Virus record (IMG/VR): IMGVR_UViG_3300021197_001279
Location: 1 to 64,000 of that record
Length of the DNA: 64,000 nucleotides
Direction: 5' to 3' (one strand)
Source of the DNA: a virus
Shown: positions 9,750 to 19,454 of the stretch, one piece after another
How positions within the stretch are numbered: the first letter of the stretch is position 1
How the letters are laid out: every line of letters begins with the position of its first letter
The notes under the pieces: generated by a model
Database searches by the model: none
What the model was told of the DNA's origin: nothing
The model's input: only the letters and a program-made list of their open reading frames with translations
Made by a program: the position numbers and the translations under genes

Positions 9750-10295
9750 TTAGTTTATGGTATTTGCAACAAGGGAAGCCCTTGTCGCTGCTCTACCGGC
9801 ACTATCATCAAGTGCAGCAAAGTCGTATGTAATTTGTATTGTTAGCTGGACTAGTTCGTCTGAAGAATAGTCTAATTTCCCAAAGTCAATGTTTGTTATT
9901 ATACTGTTGTGTAAAGTCCAAACTTCCAATGCCTCGCCATCTGGTCCAAGTTGATAGAAGATAATGTCATCACTGCCATTAAATCCTTCTTTCTTGATAC
10001 CGTCTACGTTAGGAACAGCTTCACCACCAAAGCCAGGATTATTGTACCCAGAGTTTGTTAGGTACTTGTAAATCTCTCCAGTTCTCACTGAGTCGTCAAC
10101 AACGGTAATTGTAATTGGCTGCCAGGTTACAACCCCAGGAAAGTTAAACTTATGGTTGATTAACTGATAGGAGTTGCTAGAAACTTCGACAGTGGGCTTG
10201 TCAATAGACTTAGCCCACCACCAAATTTCATTGCCATCGATCTTAAAACGAAACTGTCTTTTTGGATCAGTTGTATTGTCTTTCCAGAAAGCCAT
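9750..10295 (-). CDS. Tail tube protein, paralogue 2 (gp19-like)
   Basis: 'PKRQFRF', 'FPGVVTWQPITIT', 'FGKLDYSSDELVQLTIQITYD'. Confidence 0.85.
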   Translation of the reverse strand: MAFWKDNTTDPKRQFRFKIDGNEIWWWAKSIDKPTVEVSSNSYQLINHKFNFPGVVTWQPITITVVDDSVRTGEIYKYLTNSGYNNPGFGGEAVPNVDGIKKEGFNGSDDIIFYQLGPDGEALEVWTLHNSIITNIDFGKLDYSSDELVQLTIQITYDFAALDDSAGRAATRASLVANTIN

Positions 10296-10303
10296 CCATC
10301 ACC

Positions 10304-10864
10304 TTATTGAATGTAAGAACGAGCAGTAGCGCCTCTATTACCAGCCAAGATGTCACACTCAGCCCAATCGTAAGCAATCGTCATTGAGATTTCGCGAAGA
10401 TCATCAGAATCGTAGTTGAAAGTTGAAAGGTCAGCATCAACAATCATTGGGTGCTTAACTGTCCATCTTTCAATGTCATTACCGTCTGCATCAATAACAG
10501 TGATTACAAGGCTACTAATAGCCTCATCAGTGCTTTTAACTTTAGAGATAGTGTCAAACTGACCGTTATCTTTTACCCTGAAGCCGCTCTGCTCAAGCAG
10601 GTTCATTACCTGTGAAACAGCATCTGGGTTACTTGGATCTACCATGGTTAAAGTAATGTCTTGCCATTTAACTTTTCCAGGAAACTTGTAAGTGTTATCA
10701 AGATACTGATGTTCTACAGGACTTGAAGTAAATGTTGGAATCTTTACAGACTTCCCCCACCACATAGCGCCACCACTAGTTGAAGCACCGTCTGCTGAAT
10801 CTAGTTGAATTTTGAACCTAAATAGTCTTTTCGGCTCAACGTCATTTTCTTTCCAAAAACCCAT
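10304..10864 (-). CDS. Tail tube protein, paralogue 1 (gp19-like)
   Basis: 'EPKRLFRF', 'FPGKVKWQDITLTMVDP', 'ISMTIAYDWA'; immediately after the sheath. Confidence 0.85.
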   Translation of the reverse strand: MGFWKENDVEPKRLFRFKIQLDSADGASTSGGAMWWGKSVKIPTFTSSPVEHQYLDNTYKFPGKVKWQDITLTMVDPSNPDAVSQVMNLLEQSGFRVKDNGQFDTISKVKSTDEAISSLVITVIDADGNDIERWTVKHPMIVDADLSTFNYDSDDLREISMTIAYDWAECDILAGNRGATARSYIQ

Positions 10865-10886
10865 AATTTTATAACTCCTTCAAAAT

Positions 10887-10893
10887 TAATTAG
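10887..10893 (-). promoter_or_regulatory. Putative late promoter variant CTAATTA
   Basis: Upstream of the first tube gene; single-base variant of CTATTTA. Confidence 0.5.
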
Positions 10894-10896
10894 TGT

Positions 10897-13788
10897 TTAC
10901 TCGAATTCTACACCGCTTCTAGAGACTACAAAATCAATAGCAATGAATTCAATAGCACGAGCAGGCTTGATGAAGATCTGAGCATACATAATGTTCTGAT
11001 CAATCAGGTCAGGTGTGGTTGTGGTCTCGTCAAGAACAATCTTGAACTCGGTGATACCAAAGTTAGACTTAACGCTTTGTAGGATTCTACTTGAGCGCGA
11101 CTTGAAGCGGTTAAAGGTTACGTCAACTGCTTGATCAAACAAGAGGTCTCGAGCCACAGCACCGATGCGCTTCTTGATGAATACCATCAATCGACGAACG
11201 TTGATGCGATCAAGAGCAGACTGCTGAAGCTGAAGTGTCTTTTGTCCGAACACAACAATACCACCGGCAGCAGTAAAGTTAGCAATTGGATTAACTCTTG
11301 CAGCATAAAGATCATCACGAAGACCTTTAGTTAGACTACGCCAAGTATTAGTTACGCGAGGTCCATTTGGCCCACCAAGAGGATTCAAACCACCACGATT
11401 AAACCCAGCAGGGGCAAACCATGGCTGAGAGACAGCCTCAGATGCAGCTAGTGCACCAATACCGGCAACCGATGGTGGGACTAGAAGTAATGGATTGGCA
11501 CTTGATACTGTGTCTGCAAGTCTAACCCAAGGATAGTAAGCAGTGGCATAAGAATTATCAAGGAATCTTGCTGATAAATTGTTTACAGTGCTTTCAACAG
11601 AACCAGCAGCAGCAACACCGTTGCCACCATCATGCCCTGGAACATAACCTCCTTCAAGGTCAACAATTGCAAGGTGATCAGCACGTTCTGCAGCGTTTGA
11701 TAAAACACGGTCAGTAATAGCGGTATCAGTAACACCAGGTACAGAAAGAAGATCAAACGTAACATACTCTGAATTAGAAACTATATCAAGTGCCTTCTCA
11801 AGAGTCGCTCTTTCGTAAGATGTGGTCTCATCAGAACCAATGTTTGTATTGTCGAATGGATCAGCCTCAAAGATGTCAAGACCATCACGCCCACCAAGAA
11901 GTGGAGCAACAAACTGTCTTACACCACCATCGGTCGAACTAGTCAAAAGAGTTGATATGGTATTACCAGGAGTTCCGGCAACAGAGGTTCCGGCAGCAAA
12001 TGATCCTTCTTCAAAGAAAAATCTTCTTTGATTAGTTTCTTTTCTAAGATCATCAAGAGTGAACGTGAATGAGTATTCCATTCCATCAGGAGGTGTTCCC
12101 CCTTCGCTTAACTGTTGAGTAAACCCACCAGGCAATTCTCTAACAATATCAAAGTAACTATCATCTTGTCCAGATTCAGTTGAAGTTCTTCTATGATCGA
12201 TACCAAAGAGATAATCTTTATCATAAGGGGCAGAATTTCTTGCAAAGCCTGCATTAGTTGTTTGCAAAGCAGGGAACCTGAATGAAGCAGATAAGGCTGG
12301 AGCAGTAATAGGAGCAAAGAAAACATCACTAGCATCAACCGCAGCCAATTTAAACCCTGGCATGTTCACACCACCAGTTACAAAACTATGAGTTTCTGGG
12401 GTTCCACCTACAGCAGCAGCACCGGTACCAAGCTTAGCAACATAAGTCGAACCAGAGATTAGTGTAAGCCCTAGTGGTCGCAGCGGACCAGCATATCCAA
12501 CAGGTAGTGCCTGAGCATTATTAAGAAGGCCGTTTTCAACTACTGATGCCATTTCAATTCTAATATAATCTGATCTGTTTTCATAAAGACCTAGGGTGTT
12601 GAATCTCTTCTCGACAGAATCCCATTCAAGTCTTTCGTTACCAATTACTTTAGCGACATAGTTTGCATCACCTGGCCTAAGGGTACAGCCAGTGAAAGCT
12701 TCTACTCTCTGTCCGGCATTATTAATAACGTTAACGGTGAAAGATGGTGGGTTTTCTGCATCTCCGATGTTAAGGTCTGCAATTGCAATCTTGTATTTCT
12801 TTTGAATCTCAACGCCTTCACTTAAAGCAGCAAATCTAAATAGTTGTTGTTGATTTGGCTTCTGATCAATAAACCAAGGAGTTCTTGCAACTTGTGCGTT
12901 ACCTCGATTGTATCCCCAGTTATTATTTGCATTTGAACCAGACTGAAGTGCGAGGATAATACCATATTGCTGACCAGGGTTATTGTTGAAATCATTTACA
13001 TGCTCGACAACTGATTGCTCGAAAGTCTCACCCAGGAAATAATCAACATCGGTCAAACCAAAGTTTGCATTGTTATTAATTTTTTGTGGGTTTGTGTTCA
13101 GTGCCTTTCTGATGTAGTTACTGGTATCTGTTGGGTCAAAATTTACAACAAAGTTTTCAGAACCAACCCTAACCTTAAAGGTACTAGCCTTTGCAGCCGT
13201 AGAGATAGACTCTACAAACTGACCAGAAGCAGTTACAGCAGTCGCAGGAGCGGTTACAGTGTCAACGGGAGTACCACAAAGCTGAACACCAGTGGCATCT
13301 CCATCAATATAAAACACAGCAGCTAACGACCCTGTGTGATTACCGGTCATTGTACCAGATGGGCTAATAAAAAGTCCATAAGCAGACTTGTTACTAGCTG
13401 GTGTTGCGCTTGGTCCATCAGCGATCTTCCAACCTGCTTCTCCAGCATCAGTGCTGGCATCCGGTGACTTTTCACCTAGAAGTCTAACAAATTTAACTGG
13501 TCCAATATCAGCAGATAGATAAGCCTGTGCAGCATACATTGCGTACATTGGAGTTGCGTAGTTTCCTCCCCTCCAAGGATCTGATGAAGGGCTTTGACCA
13601 GAAACAGGGTCCCCAAAGGTTTCTCTAAAATCTGCAAAGTTTCTAACAATAACAGGCTGCATCGCTGGTCCCATCGGTGCTCTACCAATAAGAAGGAGTC
13701 CATCTTCTTCGGGAGTCGGGGTAATCTGCGATTGATCAACTTCTCTCAGTTGAACACCAGGTGAAATAAAATCAAATCTTCTAGGCAT
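10897..13788 (-). CDS. Contractile tail sheath protein (gp18-like)
   Basis: N-terminal 'SPGVQLREVDQS'; C-terminal 'PWFAPAGFNRG', 'FGQKTLQ...SALDRINVRRL', 'IKPARAIEFIAIDF'. Confidence 0.95.
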   Translation of the reverse strand: MPRRFDFISPGVQLREVDQSQITPTPEEDGLLLIGRAPMGPAMQPVIVRNFADFRETFGDPVSGQSPSSDPWRGGNYATPMYAMYAAQAYLSADIGPVKFVRLLGEKSPDASTDAGEAGWKIADGPSATPASNKSAYGLFISPSGTMTGNHTGSLAAVFYIDGDATGVQLCGTPVDTVTAPATAVTASGQFVESISTAAKASTFKVRVGSENFVVNFDPTDTSNYIRKALNTNPQKINNNANFGLTDVDYFLGETFEQSVVEHVNDFNNNPGQQYGIILALQSGSNANNNWGYNRGNAQVARTPWFIDQKPNQQQLFRFAALSEGVEIQKKYKIAIADLNIGDAENPPSFTVNVINNAGQRVEAFTGCTLRPGDANYVAKVIGNERLEWDSVEKRFNTLGLYENRSDYIRIEMASVVENGLLNNAQALPVGYAGPLRPLGLTLISGSTYVAKLGTGAAAVGGTPETHSFVTGGVNMPGFKLAAVDASDVFFAPITAPALSASFRFPALQTTNAGFARNSAPYDKDYLFGIDHRRTSTESGQDDSYFDIVRELPGGFTQQLSEGGTPPDGMEYSFTFTLDDLRKETNQRRFFFEEGSFAAGTSVAGTPGNTISTLLTSSTDGGVRQFVAPLLGGRDGLDIFEADPFDNTNIGSDETTSYERATLEKALDIVSNSEYVTFDLLSVPGVTDTAITDRVLSNAAERADHLAIVDLEGGYVPGHDGGNGVAAAGSVESTVNNLSARFLDNSYATAYYPWVRLADTVSSANPLLLVPPSVAGIGALAASEAVSQPWFAPAGFNRGGLNPLGGPNGPRVTNTWRSLTKGLRDDLYAARVNPIANFTAAGGIVVFGQKTLQLQQSALDRINVRRLMVFIKKRIGAVARDLLFDQAVDVTFNRFKSRSSRILQSVKSNFGITEFKIVLDETTTTPDLIDQNIMYAQIFIKPARAIEFIAIDFVVSRSGVEFE

Positions 13789-13821
13789 TAAAATTCTCCT
13801 TATGCATTAATACATTCAAAG

Positions 13822-13828
13822 TAAATAG
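13822..13828 (-). promoter_or_regulatory. Putative late promoter motif CTATTTA (sheath)
   Basis: Intergenic, about 35 nt upstream of the sheath ATG and its AAGGAG SD. Confidence 0.6.
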
Positions 13829-13850
13829 TTTCTTCAACTACGAAACGCAT

Positions 13851-14678
13851 TTAAGGCCTATACTTTCCATCATCATTAGCCCATGGCCTTGTATCGCCAA
13901 GTATCACTCTTTCTCTTGTGATTCTTACTTGAACTTGATTCTCTCTTCTTGTGATCTTTGGGCGGTCTCTGTTAGGTCCCTCGGACACAAGATAACCAAG
14001 TACCTTAAGATTAATTGTGGCTTCAAACACTCGCTCTTCAACACCAAGATCAGTGACGTTATTGGTGTTGTAGTTGTCTTGAATAAACGCTTCGTAACGG
14101 TGACCATCATACTCAGCAAGAAAGCTGTTCTTGGTATCAAAAACAAAACCAGGTAATAATTCATTCATCTGCTGTTGGTATTCTGTCTTTATCTTAACTT
14201 CGTACATGCATGTTATGTATGTTGGTACTGGAACAGTGATCGTTTCATAAACTATCTTTGAATTATCTCCTCTCCCTGTTTCGTCTCCGCGACCTGATTG
14301 TCTTAAACGATCAGCGTTGGCAAAGTTTCTTGTCTTGTCTTGCTTAATAATCCTTGTAGTTGCAACAGTTCCGCCACGATAATCGTTGACTTCTCCAATT
14401 GTCGCTTGAAAACCACCTTTAAATGTGTCCTCTCTAGATACTGATGCTCTGTGTACTGACATAAGGGGAAGCTTAAGTTTTCCAACAGAGTCTCTAAGTT
14501 CTTTGTTGTTCTTAATTTGATAAGGTCTCTCTGATCCGTGCCATACGATTGGTACCTTTTTAAAGCCATCGTTTGTTGTACATGAAAGATTGAGTACTTC
14601 ATCAAGATAATAGTAGATGGCAGAGTCAATTGTCTCTAGGCTTGATGGTTCAAATGTTTCTACGCTTTCACTGGGCAT
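13851..14678 (-). CDS. Tail terminator / sheath stabiliser (gp15-like)
   Basis: Between neck and sheath genes; 'KVPI.W...ER', 'LPLMS..R', 'PVP......YE'. Start moved to the ATG at 14678, which overlaps the end of the upstream gene. Confidence 0.7.
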   Translation of the reverse strand: MPSESVETFEPSSLETIDSAIYYYLDEVLNLSCTTNDGFKKVPIVWHGSERPYQIKNNKELRDSVGKLKLPLMSVHRASVSREDTFKGGFQATIGEVNDYRGGTVATTRIIKQDKTRNFANADRLRQSGRGDETGRGDNSKIVYETITVPVPTYITCMYEVKIKTEYQQQMNELLPGFVFDTKNSFLAEYDGHRYEAFIQDNYNTNNVTDLGVEERVFEATINLKVLGYLVSEGPNRDRPKITRRENQVQVRITRERVILGDTRPWANDDGKYRP

Positions 14679-15159
14679 TAAATAATCCGTCCCTTGCTCT
14701 AATGCACTCTGCTTGTATCTCAAAGCGTGGTGCTTCTACTTGCCCAAACAAAAGCTTGGGTTCGTTGAGTTTTACGATCTCATAGTAAATACTACCGTAT
14801 CTAACAAAGTCACCTTCTCGCACAAATAGGTTCTGGTCTTCTGTGAGTCTTCTCTTGTGGAAGTTCACTTTAATCTTTGTTGATTTATCAATTGCAATAC
14901 CACTCATGTCAGAGGTTTCAACTCCTTGGTACTCAACAAGCGCATGAACACGTACAGGATGAAGGAACGTTTTTTGTATTGCCTCTCCATAGATTGGGTG
15001 ATAGTTTGTATGCTCAATGTCGATTGGGAAGTAAAGGACCTGTTGACCAACAACTCGTTCGATAATTTCATCGTTGATTTGCTTTACAAGATTCTTTTCT
15101 TTTTCTCCAAGAAATAGTGGAGGTGGTGGCGATGCCGGTTGTTCCCATTCGTTGGACAT
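14668..15159 (-). CDS. Neck / head-closure protein (gp14-like)
   Basis: 'VGQQVLYFPID....HPIYGEA..K.F..PV', 'REGDFV.YG..YYEI'; synteny. Confidence 0.7.
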   Translation of the reverse strand: MSNEWEQPASPPPPLFLGEKEKNLVKQINDEIIERVVGQQVLYFPIDIEHTNYHPIYGEAIQKTFLHPVRVHALVEYQGVETSDMSGIAIDKSTKIKVNFHKRRLTEDQNLFVREGDFVRYGSIYYEIVKLNEPKLLFGQVEAPRFEIQAECIRARDGLFNAQ

Positions 15160-15162
15160 TTA

Positions 15163-17805
15163 TTACCCTCTTAAAATTCTTAGTTTAACTCTTCTTTTTG
15201 ATTCAGTCACTCCCTGCTCAGGCTCTGGGTCATCAAAGGAAACCTGTGATGGTGTTTGTCCGAGGTCCTGGTCGGCCTGGGCGATAACATCTGCGATGCC
15301 TAGTTTTTCAAGAGGAATGTTGTTATCAATGTAATCTACAAGATGGTCATTGATTCCCTCAAAGTAGGCTTCCTCTGCTATTGAATCAAGGTGATCTTTA
15401 ATTTCTGATTTCTTCTCAAAGTCATACTCATTAGCATACCAGCCAAGTTGGTATACAAACTGATCTTCGTCTTCGTCTTCTAATTGAAAGTAAATTCTCA
15501 TTTTGTCCACTGGAATTCTCAGTGCAACCTCACCTCCAAGTGCATCATACACAACATTTCGCACAAGACCTCTTGCAGATTCATTTGCGTATGCATGCTT
15601 AAGAAATGCAGCAATCTTGATACCTTCCTCTTCGTCTTTTTGATACTCGGTTACACCCTTGATTCTGTAACCAGAGGACATCGGTTCACCGGTTTCATCG
15701 TCATGGTACTCTTCAAAATCAATTTCAAAATCTCCATTAACATTTTTGTTCCAGAATTGGTTCTCGGCTGCTTCGCCAAAGACGTATTCGTTACCGCCAG
15801 GTAGAAGATCGTCTGCTTGAAGTGCCTTCTCGATAATCTGATGCATTGCACCACCTCGTGTTGCAAGGTGGTTAAATCCAAGCCCAACTCCATAACTCGA
15901 CCCGTCACCGGCAAAAACTTGCTCAAGTTGATACTCTATCTCTTCATACTGCCAATAACCCCCAATTATCTCAGACAAGAAATCACTATTGATATCTATC
16001 AATACTTTGTAGCCTGAAAATCTTGGGTCCTCAATGTATGTTGTTGTAACATTATCAACTAGACTTTCTCGCTGACCCAGCAATTCACCAAAGTTATCAA
16101 GTTTGCTATCGATTAGATCATTAACAGATGATGCTTCAGCGTAAGTCATGCCGGTTTCTCTTGGAAATTCAAAACGAAATTCAACAGTAGCGCCAATACT
16201 GATGTTGAAAGTGTCATCCCATCGTTCAACTTCATAATTAACATCGATGTTGGATGAAAGGCCGAGATTTTCAATTGTCTGTTGGATAATTTCTTCAACC
16301 GCTGCTTCGTTCATAAATCCTGCCTCAGCGGCTAATTCCCTCTCCATGTCATTGTCATAGTTTACTGAACCGATAAAGTTAATCTCAACGTCAGGAAATG
16401 CAATGTTAAACATTCTTGGTAAAGCATCTTTAACTCTAGCGCCCCCATCTTGGTATGAACCACCATAACGAGTAAAGGAATACATGCTAACATTATCGGA
16501 GGTTGTGAGTTCCGCCTCAGCAATGGCCTCAATCTTTTCTTTTTGTGCTTCCACTGTGGTGTTGTAAAGGTGATCCACAAGACCAGGAACTTTTTGTCCA
16601 TAAACGTTTCCTTGAGGAACAAGAAGTCTGATCGGGTTATCATCGCCGTTACTATTGTATGATACGTGCTTAATTCTCACTCTTGACACAGGAACCATAC
16701 CTTCAACGCCCCTTTCTTCGTCTGCAAAGATTTCTCCATCTCCCGCTTCTGGTAGTTCGTGTAGGTCAAGTTTCTCTCTAATCATCTCTGGGGTTATTTC
16801 TTGTCCTTCTTCTGCTCCGACAAATTCTCTAATGCTTTCTTCGGTCACAACATAGGAAATAAGACCATTACCGTGAGCCTCAGCCAAAGCACAGACGTTG
16901 TATTCGTCAAATCCCGCTGTTCCCTTACGAGAAGGTAATGAGTGACAAGAGTCTAAACCACGAAAGTCAGACATACGATAGACATCGATTGGGTGTCTGG
17001 AATAAATAATGTAGTTCTGCAACTTGTAGTTATCAATGTTTCTGGTTAGGTCATCCAATTTGCTTCCATCCAAAAGAAAGTCAGCAACTTTTTTAGCCGG
17101 TGGGGCGAGGGTTGTTTCAAAATAATTTCCATGACTTTTATTGAGTGATCCGAGTTTTGAATGGCGATAGGCTTCCGCTGCATCACTATCCCAATTATCA
17201 TAGTTTCCTTTTCCAAACAATTCCTTAAATGAAGCAATAAGTTTTGCAGCGCGTTTTGAGGCCTTTGCTATTCTTGGGATATATTCTCCCGCGACTTCCT
17301 CAAAACCTGGTCTTTCTCCATCTTCGTCTACTGTAAGTTCTCCGAGTTTGTCGGTGTATTCGTTAGCAAGGTCCCAGACACCTGTGACTCCTTCTTTCCA
17401 GTTTTCCCAGTTGTTAATAAAGGAAATTATGCGAGAGCCGATTTTTGATAACTTTAGATCAATTGTCTTTGAGACCTGTCTTCTGTTACCTTCTTTATCC
17501 TTGTATTCCTTCTCGACAACTTTAGTTGCCTTAAGAACAGGTTTTTTACCTGATTCGTCAAGATAGATAGTCCAACCGGCTCTACCGAACCACTTCTCCA
17601 AGTCGGCAAGAATACCGGTGGATTCTGTAGCACTAAAAGTTTGGGCCGTGCGATACTTACCATTGAAGAAATCATCAAACGGCAAGGCAGACGGAGGCAT
17701 CTCAAGGAGGTCTCCGAGATACTCAATCTCTTCTTCTGTGGCCTCTGTAACCTGTTGTTTTGATTCTAGGAGAAACTTTCTCCAAGTGCTGTCATTAAAC
17801 TTCAT
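15163..17805 (-). CDS. Large acidic protein inserted between neck genes; candidate internal head/ejected protein
   Basis: 880 aa; N-terminal 'WRKFLLES' leader; 'SRHPIDVYRMSD...SCHS' core. Confidence 0.6.
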   Translation of the reverse strand: MKFNDSTWRKFLLESKQQVTEATEEEIEYLGDLLEMPPSALPFDDFFNGKYRTAQTFSATESTGILADLEKWFGRAGWTIYLDESGKKPVLKATKVVEKEYKDKEGNRRQVSKTIDLKLSKIGSRIISFINNWENWKEGVTGVWDLANEYTDKLGELTVDEDGERPGFEEVAGEYIPRIAKASKRAAKLIASFKELFGKGNYDNWDSDAAEAYRHSKLGSLNKSHGNYFETTLAPPAKKVADFLLDGSKLDDLTRNIDNYKLQNYIIYSRHPIDVYRMSDFRGLDSCHSLPSRKGTAGFDEYNVCALAEAHGNGLISYVVTEESIREFVGAEEGQEITPEMIREKLDLHELPEAGDGEIFADEERGVEGMVPVSRVRIKHVSYNSNGDDNPIRLLVPQGNVYGQKVPGLVDHLYNTTVEAQKEKIEAIAEAELTTSDNVSMYSFTRYGGSYQDGGARVKDALPRMFNIAFPDVEINFIGSVNYDNDMERELAAEAGFMNEAAVEEIIQQTIENLGLSSNIDVNYEVERWDDTFNISIGATVEFRFEFPRETGMTYAEASSVNDLIDSKLDNFGELLGQRESLVDNVTTTYIEDPRFSGYKVLIDINSDFLSEIIGGYWQYEEIEYQLEQVFAGDGSSYGVGLGFNHLATRGGAMHQIIEKALQADDLLPGGNEYVFGEAAENQFWNKNVNGDFEIDFEEYHDDETGEPMSSGYRIKGVTEYQKDEEEGIKIAAFLKHAYANESARGLVRNVVYDALGGEVALRIPVDKMRIYFQLEDEDEDQFVYQLGWYANEYDFEKKSEIKDHLDSIAEEAYFEGINDHLVDYIDNNIPLEKLGIADVIAQADQDLGQTPSQVSFDDPEPEQGVTESKRRVKLRILRG

Positions 17806-17809
17806 TATG

Positions 17810-19072
17810 TTATCCTACGAAAATTTTAAGTGGGGTATTGGCGACCATAGCGTTGGTATTGTCAATCATGCCTTTGTCTGTCTCGGCAAGTTTAGCGTAA
17901 AGCATCTCATCGAGTTGCTTGTTAAGTTCCTCACGAAGAGTGTTTTGTTCTTCTTTTGCTTGAGTTAAAAGTTCATTAGCATTAAGGGTTACGTTATCAC
18001 CAGGGATTGGAACAGAGTTTCCAAACTTCCCTCGGATTTGACCAAGAGTTTCTTTAGACAAAGCAAGAGAGAAACGTCTGATCCATTGCTGCCCAATTGA
18101 GTTAATGCTTTTAAAAGGAATATTCTCCATTGGTAGTGTGTTCATGTTGTTAATTCCATCGACACCAGAGTCATAAGAACCAGTTGCAAATGCATTATTA
18201 TCTTCAATAGAGAATCTAAACCAGAATTGTTCTGGTGATGTACTGTTGGGTATCGGATAAATCCTAACCTTGTTATCAGTAATCTCATAAGAGTAATGAG
18301 AAGTCCTTGTGTACAGATGATCTTCATATTGGATAGCCTGCATTTTGTTCTGCCAAACGGGAATAACCTGAAATGTAGAATCATCTGCATACTGGCCGTA
18401 TGTTTGCATATCGCCAACAACATTTAAACCACCGTAATAACCATAAAATCTCCACATTTGATGTGGACTTACGTAATACATGTTGCGTATTTTAATTCTT
18501 TTCGTTTTATCTTTTGTGTTGTCAGTAAAATCTGCGTATGGCACTCCACCAGCTGCAGCAGAAGAACTAACAATTGCCTGGAGATCGTAGTCTTGCTTGT
18601 CTACTACCATATCAAAAGATGCTGAGTAGATGGGTGTAGTTCCGCCAATACCTGATTCAGTTGAAAATTTGTCTGCTACTCTGAATGCGTAATCAAAAAC
18701 AAACTTAGGATATTTGAGAGATACCGAGTCTGTACCTGTCACGTTTCCTTTATGGTCAAAAGATCCTGTCTCGCCGCCAAGAGCGCTCCCTAAGGCATTT
18801 CTAGCCTGGTGTAGGTTAAGAATGTAGGAGTACTCTAAAACAGCCTCTTCATAGTGATTGTAGACGTTATCTGCCGTTAGTTCAATATCAAGGACATCTC
18901 CGCCCAATCTTTTGTAAGTATAAGCAACTTGTGCTGCTGCTCCTGTTACAAAGGAATCACTGGCACCATAAAAGTTGATTGCTAAAGTTGCAACCACATC
19001 ATCTGTGTTACCAGTTGAAGGTAAAATTATAGCACTTGTTGTTGATGCTGGTTTTAAAGTTGGAAATGACAT
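17810..19072 (-). CDS. Neck / head-tail adaptor protein (gp13-like)
   Basis: 'RLGGDVLDIELT', 'QWIRRFSLALSKETLGQIRGKF...IPG..VTLN'. Start moved to the ATG at 19072, which has a GGAGG SD. Confidence 0.8.
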   Translation of the reverse strand: MSFPTLKPASTTSAIILPSTGNTDDVVATLAINFYGASDSFVTGAAAQVAYTYKRLGGDVLDIELTADNVYNHYEEAVLEYSYILNLHQARNALGSALGGETGSFDHKGNVTGTDSVSLKYPKFVFDYAFRVADKFSTESGIGGTTPIYSASFDMVVDKQDYDLQAIVSSSAAAGGVPYADFTDNTKDKTKRIKIRNMYYVSPHQMWRFYGYYGGLNVVGDMQTYGQYADDSTFQVIPVWQNKMQAIQYEDHLYTRTSHYSYEITDNKVRIYPIPNSTSPEQFWFRFSIEDNNAFATGSYDSGVDGINNMNTLPMENIPFKSINSIGQQWIRRFSLALSKETLGQIRGKFGNSVPIPGDNVTLNANELLTQAKEEQNTLREELNKQLDEMLYAKLAETDKGMIDNTNAMVANTPLKIFVG

Positions 19073-19095
19073 TAATAGAATTCCTCCGCTAACAC

Positions 19096-19102
19096 TAAAT
19101 AG
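19096..19102 (-). promoter_or_regulatory. Putative late promoter motif CTATTTA (neck)
   Basis: Motif sits just after a terminator and before the SD. Confidence 0.6.
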
Positions 19103-19110
19103 TTTCAAGA

Positions 19111-19149
19111 TAAAAGAAAAACCCCTGCCACAAAAGTTGCAGCAGAGGT
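19111..19149 (-). terminator. Rho-independent terminator
   Basis: Minus strand CCTCTGCTGCAA..TTGTGGCAGGGG stem followed by TTTTTCTTTT. Confidence 0.65.
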
Positions 19150-19173
19150 GCCATCGTTTTCACACAACACAGT

Positions 19174-19362
19174 TTAATCGGAGGAGTCAGATCCTTTGGA
19201 CGGCTTTTTCGTTTTAGCAGCGGCAGCTTTTCTTGCTTTCTTTTTTGCTTTTGCTTGAGCAGCACTTGACTTTGCCTTTGGAGCAGGTTTTGGCGCTGGG
19301 GCGGTCTCAATATTTGGGGTAGCTGCTCTTCTGTTTTTTCTTCTAGCACTTCTATGTGGCAT
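19174..19362 (-). CDS. Small basic Lys/Ala/Pro-rich (histone-H1-like) protein
   Basis: 62 aa; GGAG SD, upstream motif at 19383-19389 and downstream terminator. Confidence 0.65.
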   Translation of the reverse strand: MPHRSARRKNRRAATPNIETAPAPKPAPKAKSSAAQAKAKKKARKAAAAKTKKPSKGSDSSD

Positions 19363-19382
19363 TTTAATTCTCCATTTACATA

Positions 19383-19389
19383 TAAATAG
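19383..19389 (-). promoter_or_regulatory. Putative late promoter motif CTATTTA
   Basis: Upstream of the basic protein gene. Confidence 0.55.
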
Positions 19390-19399
19390 TTATAAATAA

Positions 19400-19427
19400 C
19401 AAAAGTCCCAAATTAATGGGACTTTTG
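19400..19427. terminator. Inverted repeat / terminator
   Basis: CAAAAGTCCCA-AATTAA-TGGGACTTTTG, a perfect 11-bp stem after the 19455-20018 gene. Confidence 0.65.
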
Positions 19428-19454
19428 CCTGATTACGGTTAATTAATCTTAGGT

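Noticed and set aside
1017-14678. Bacterial contractile injection system or tailocin rather than a phage
   Set aside because: A complete head and packaging module (terminase, portal, protease, scaffold, capsid) is present.
19095-19349. Alternative 84-aa minus-strand ORF
   Set aside because: Overlaps the SD-supported basic ORF in another frame and runs through the terminator.
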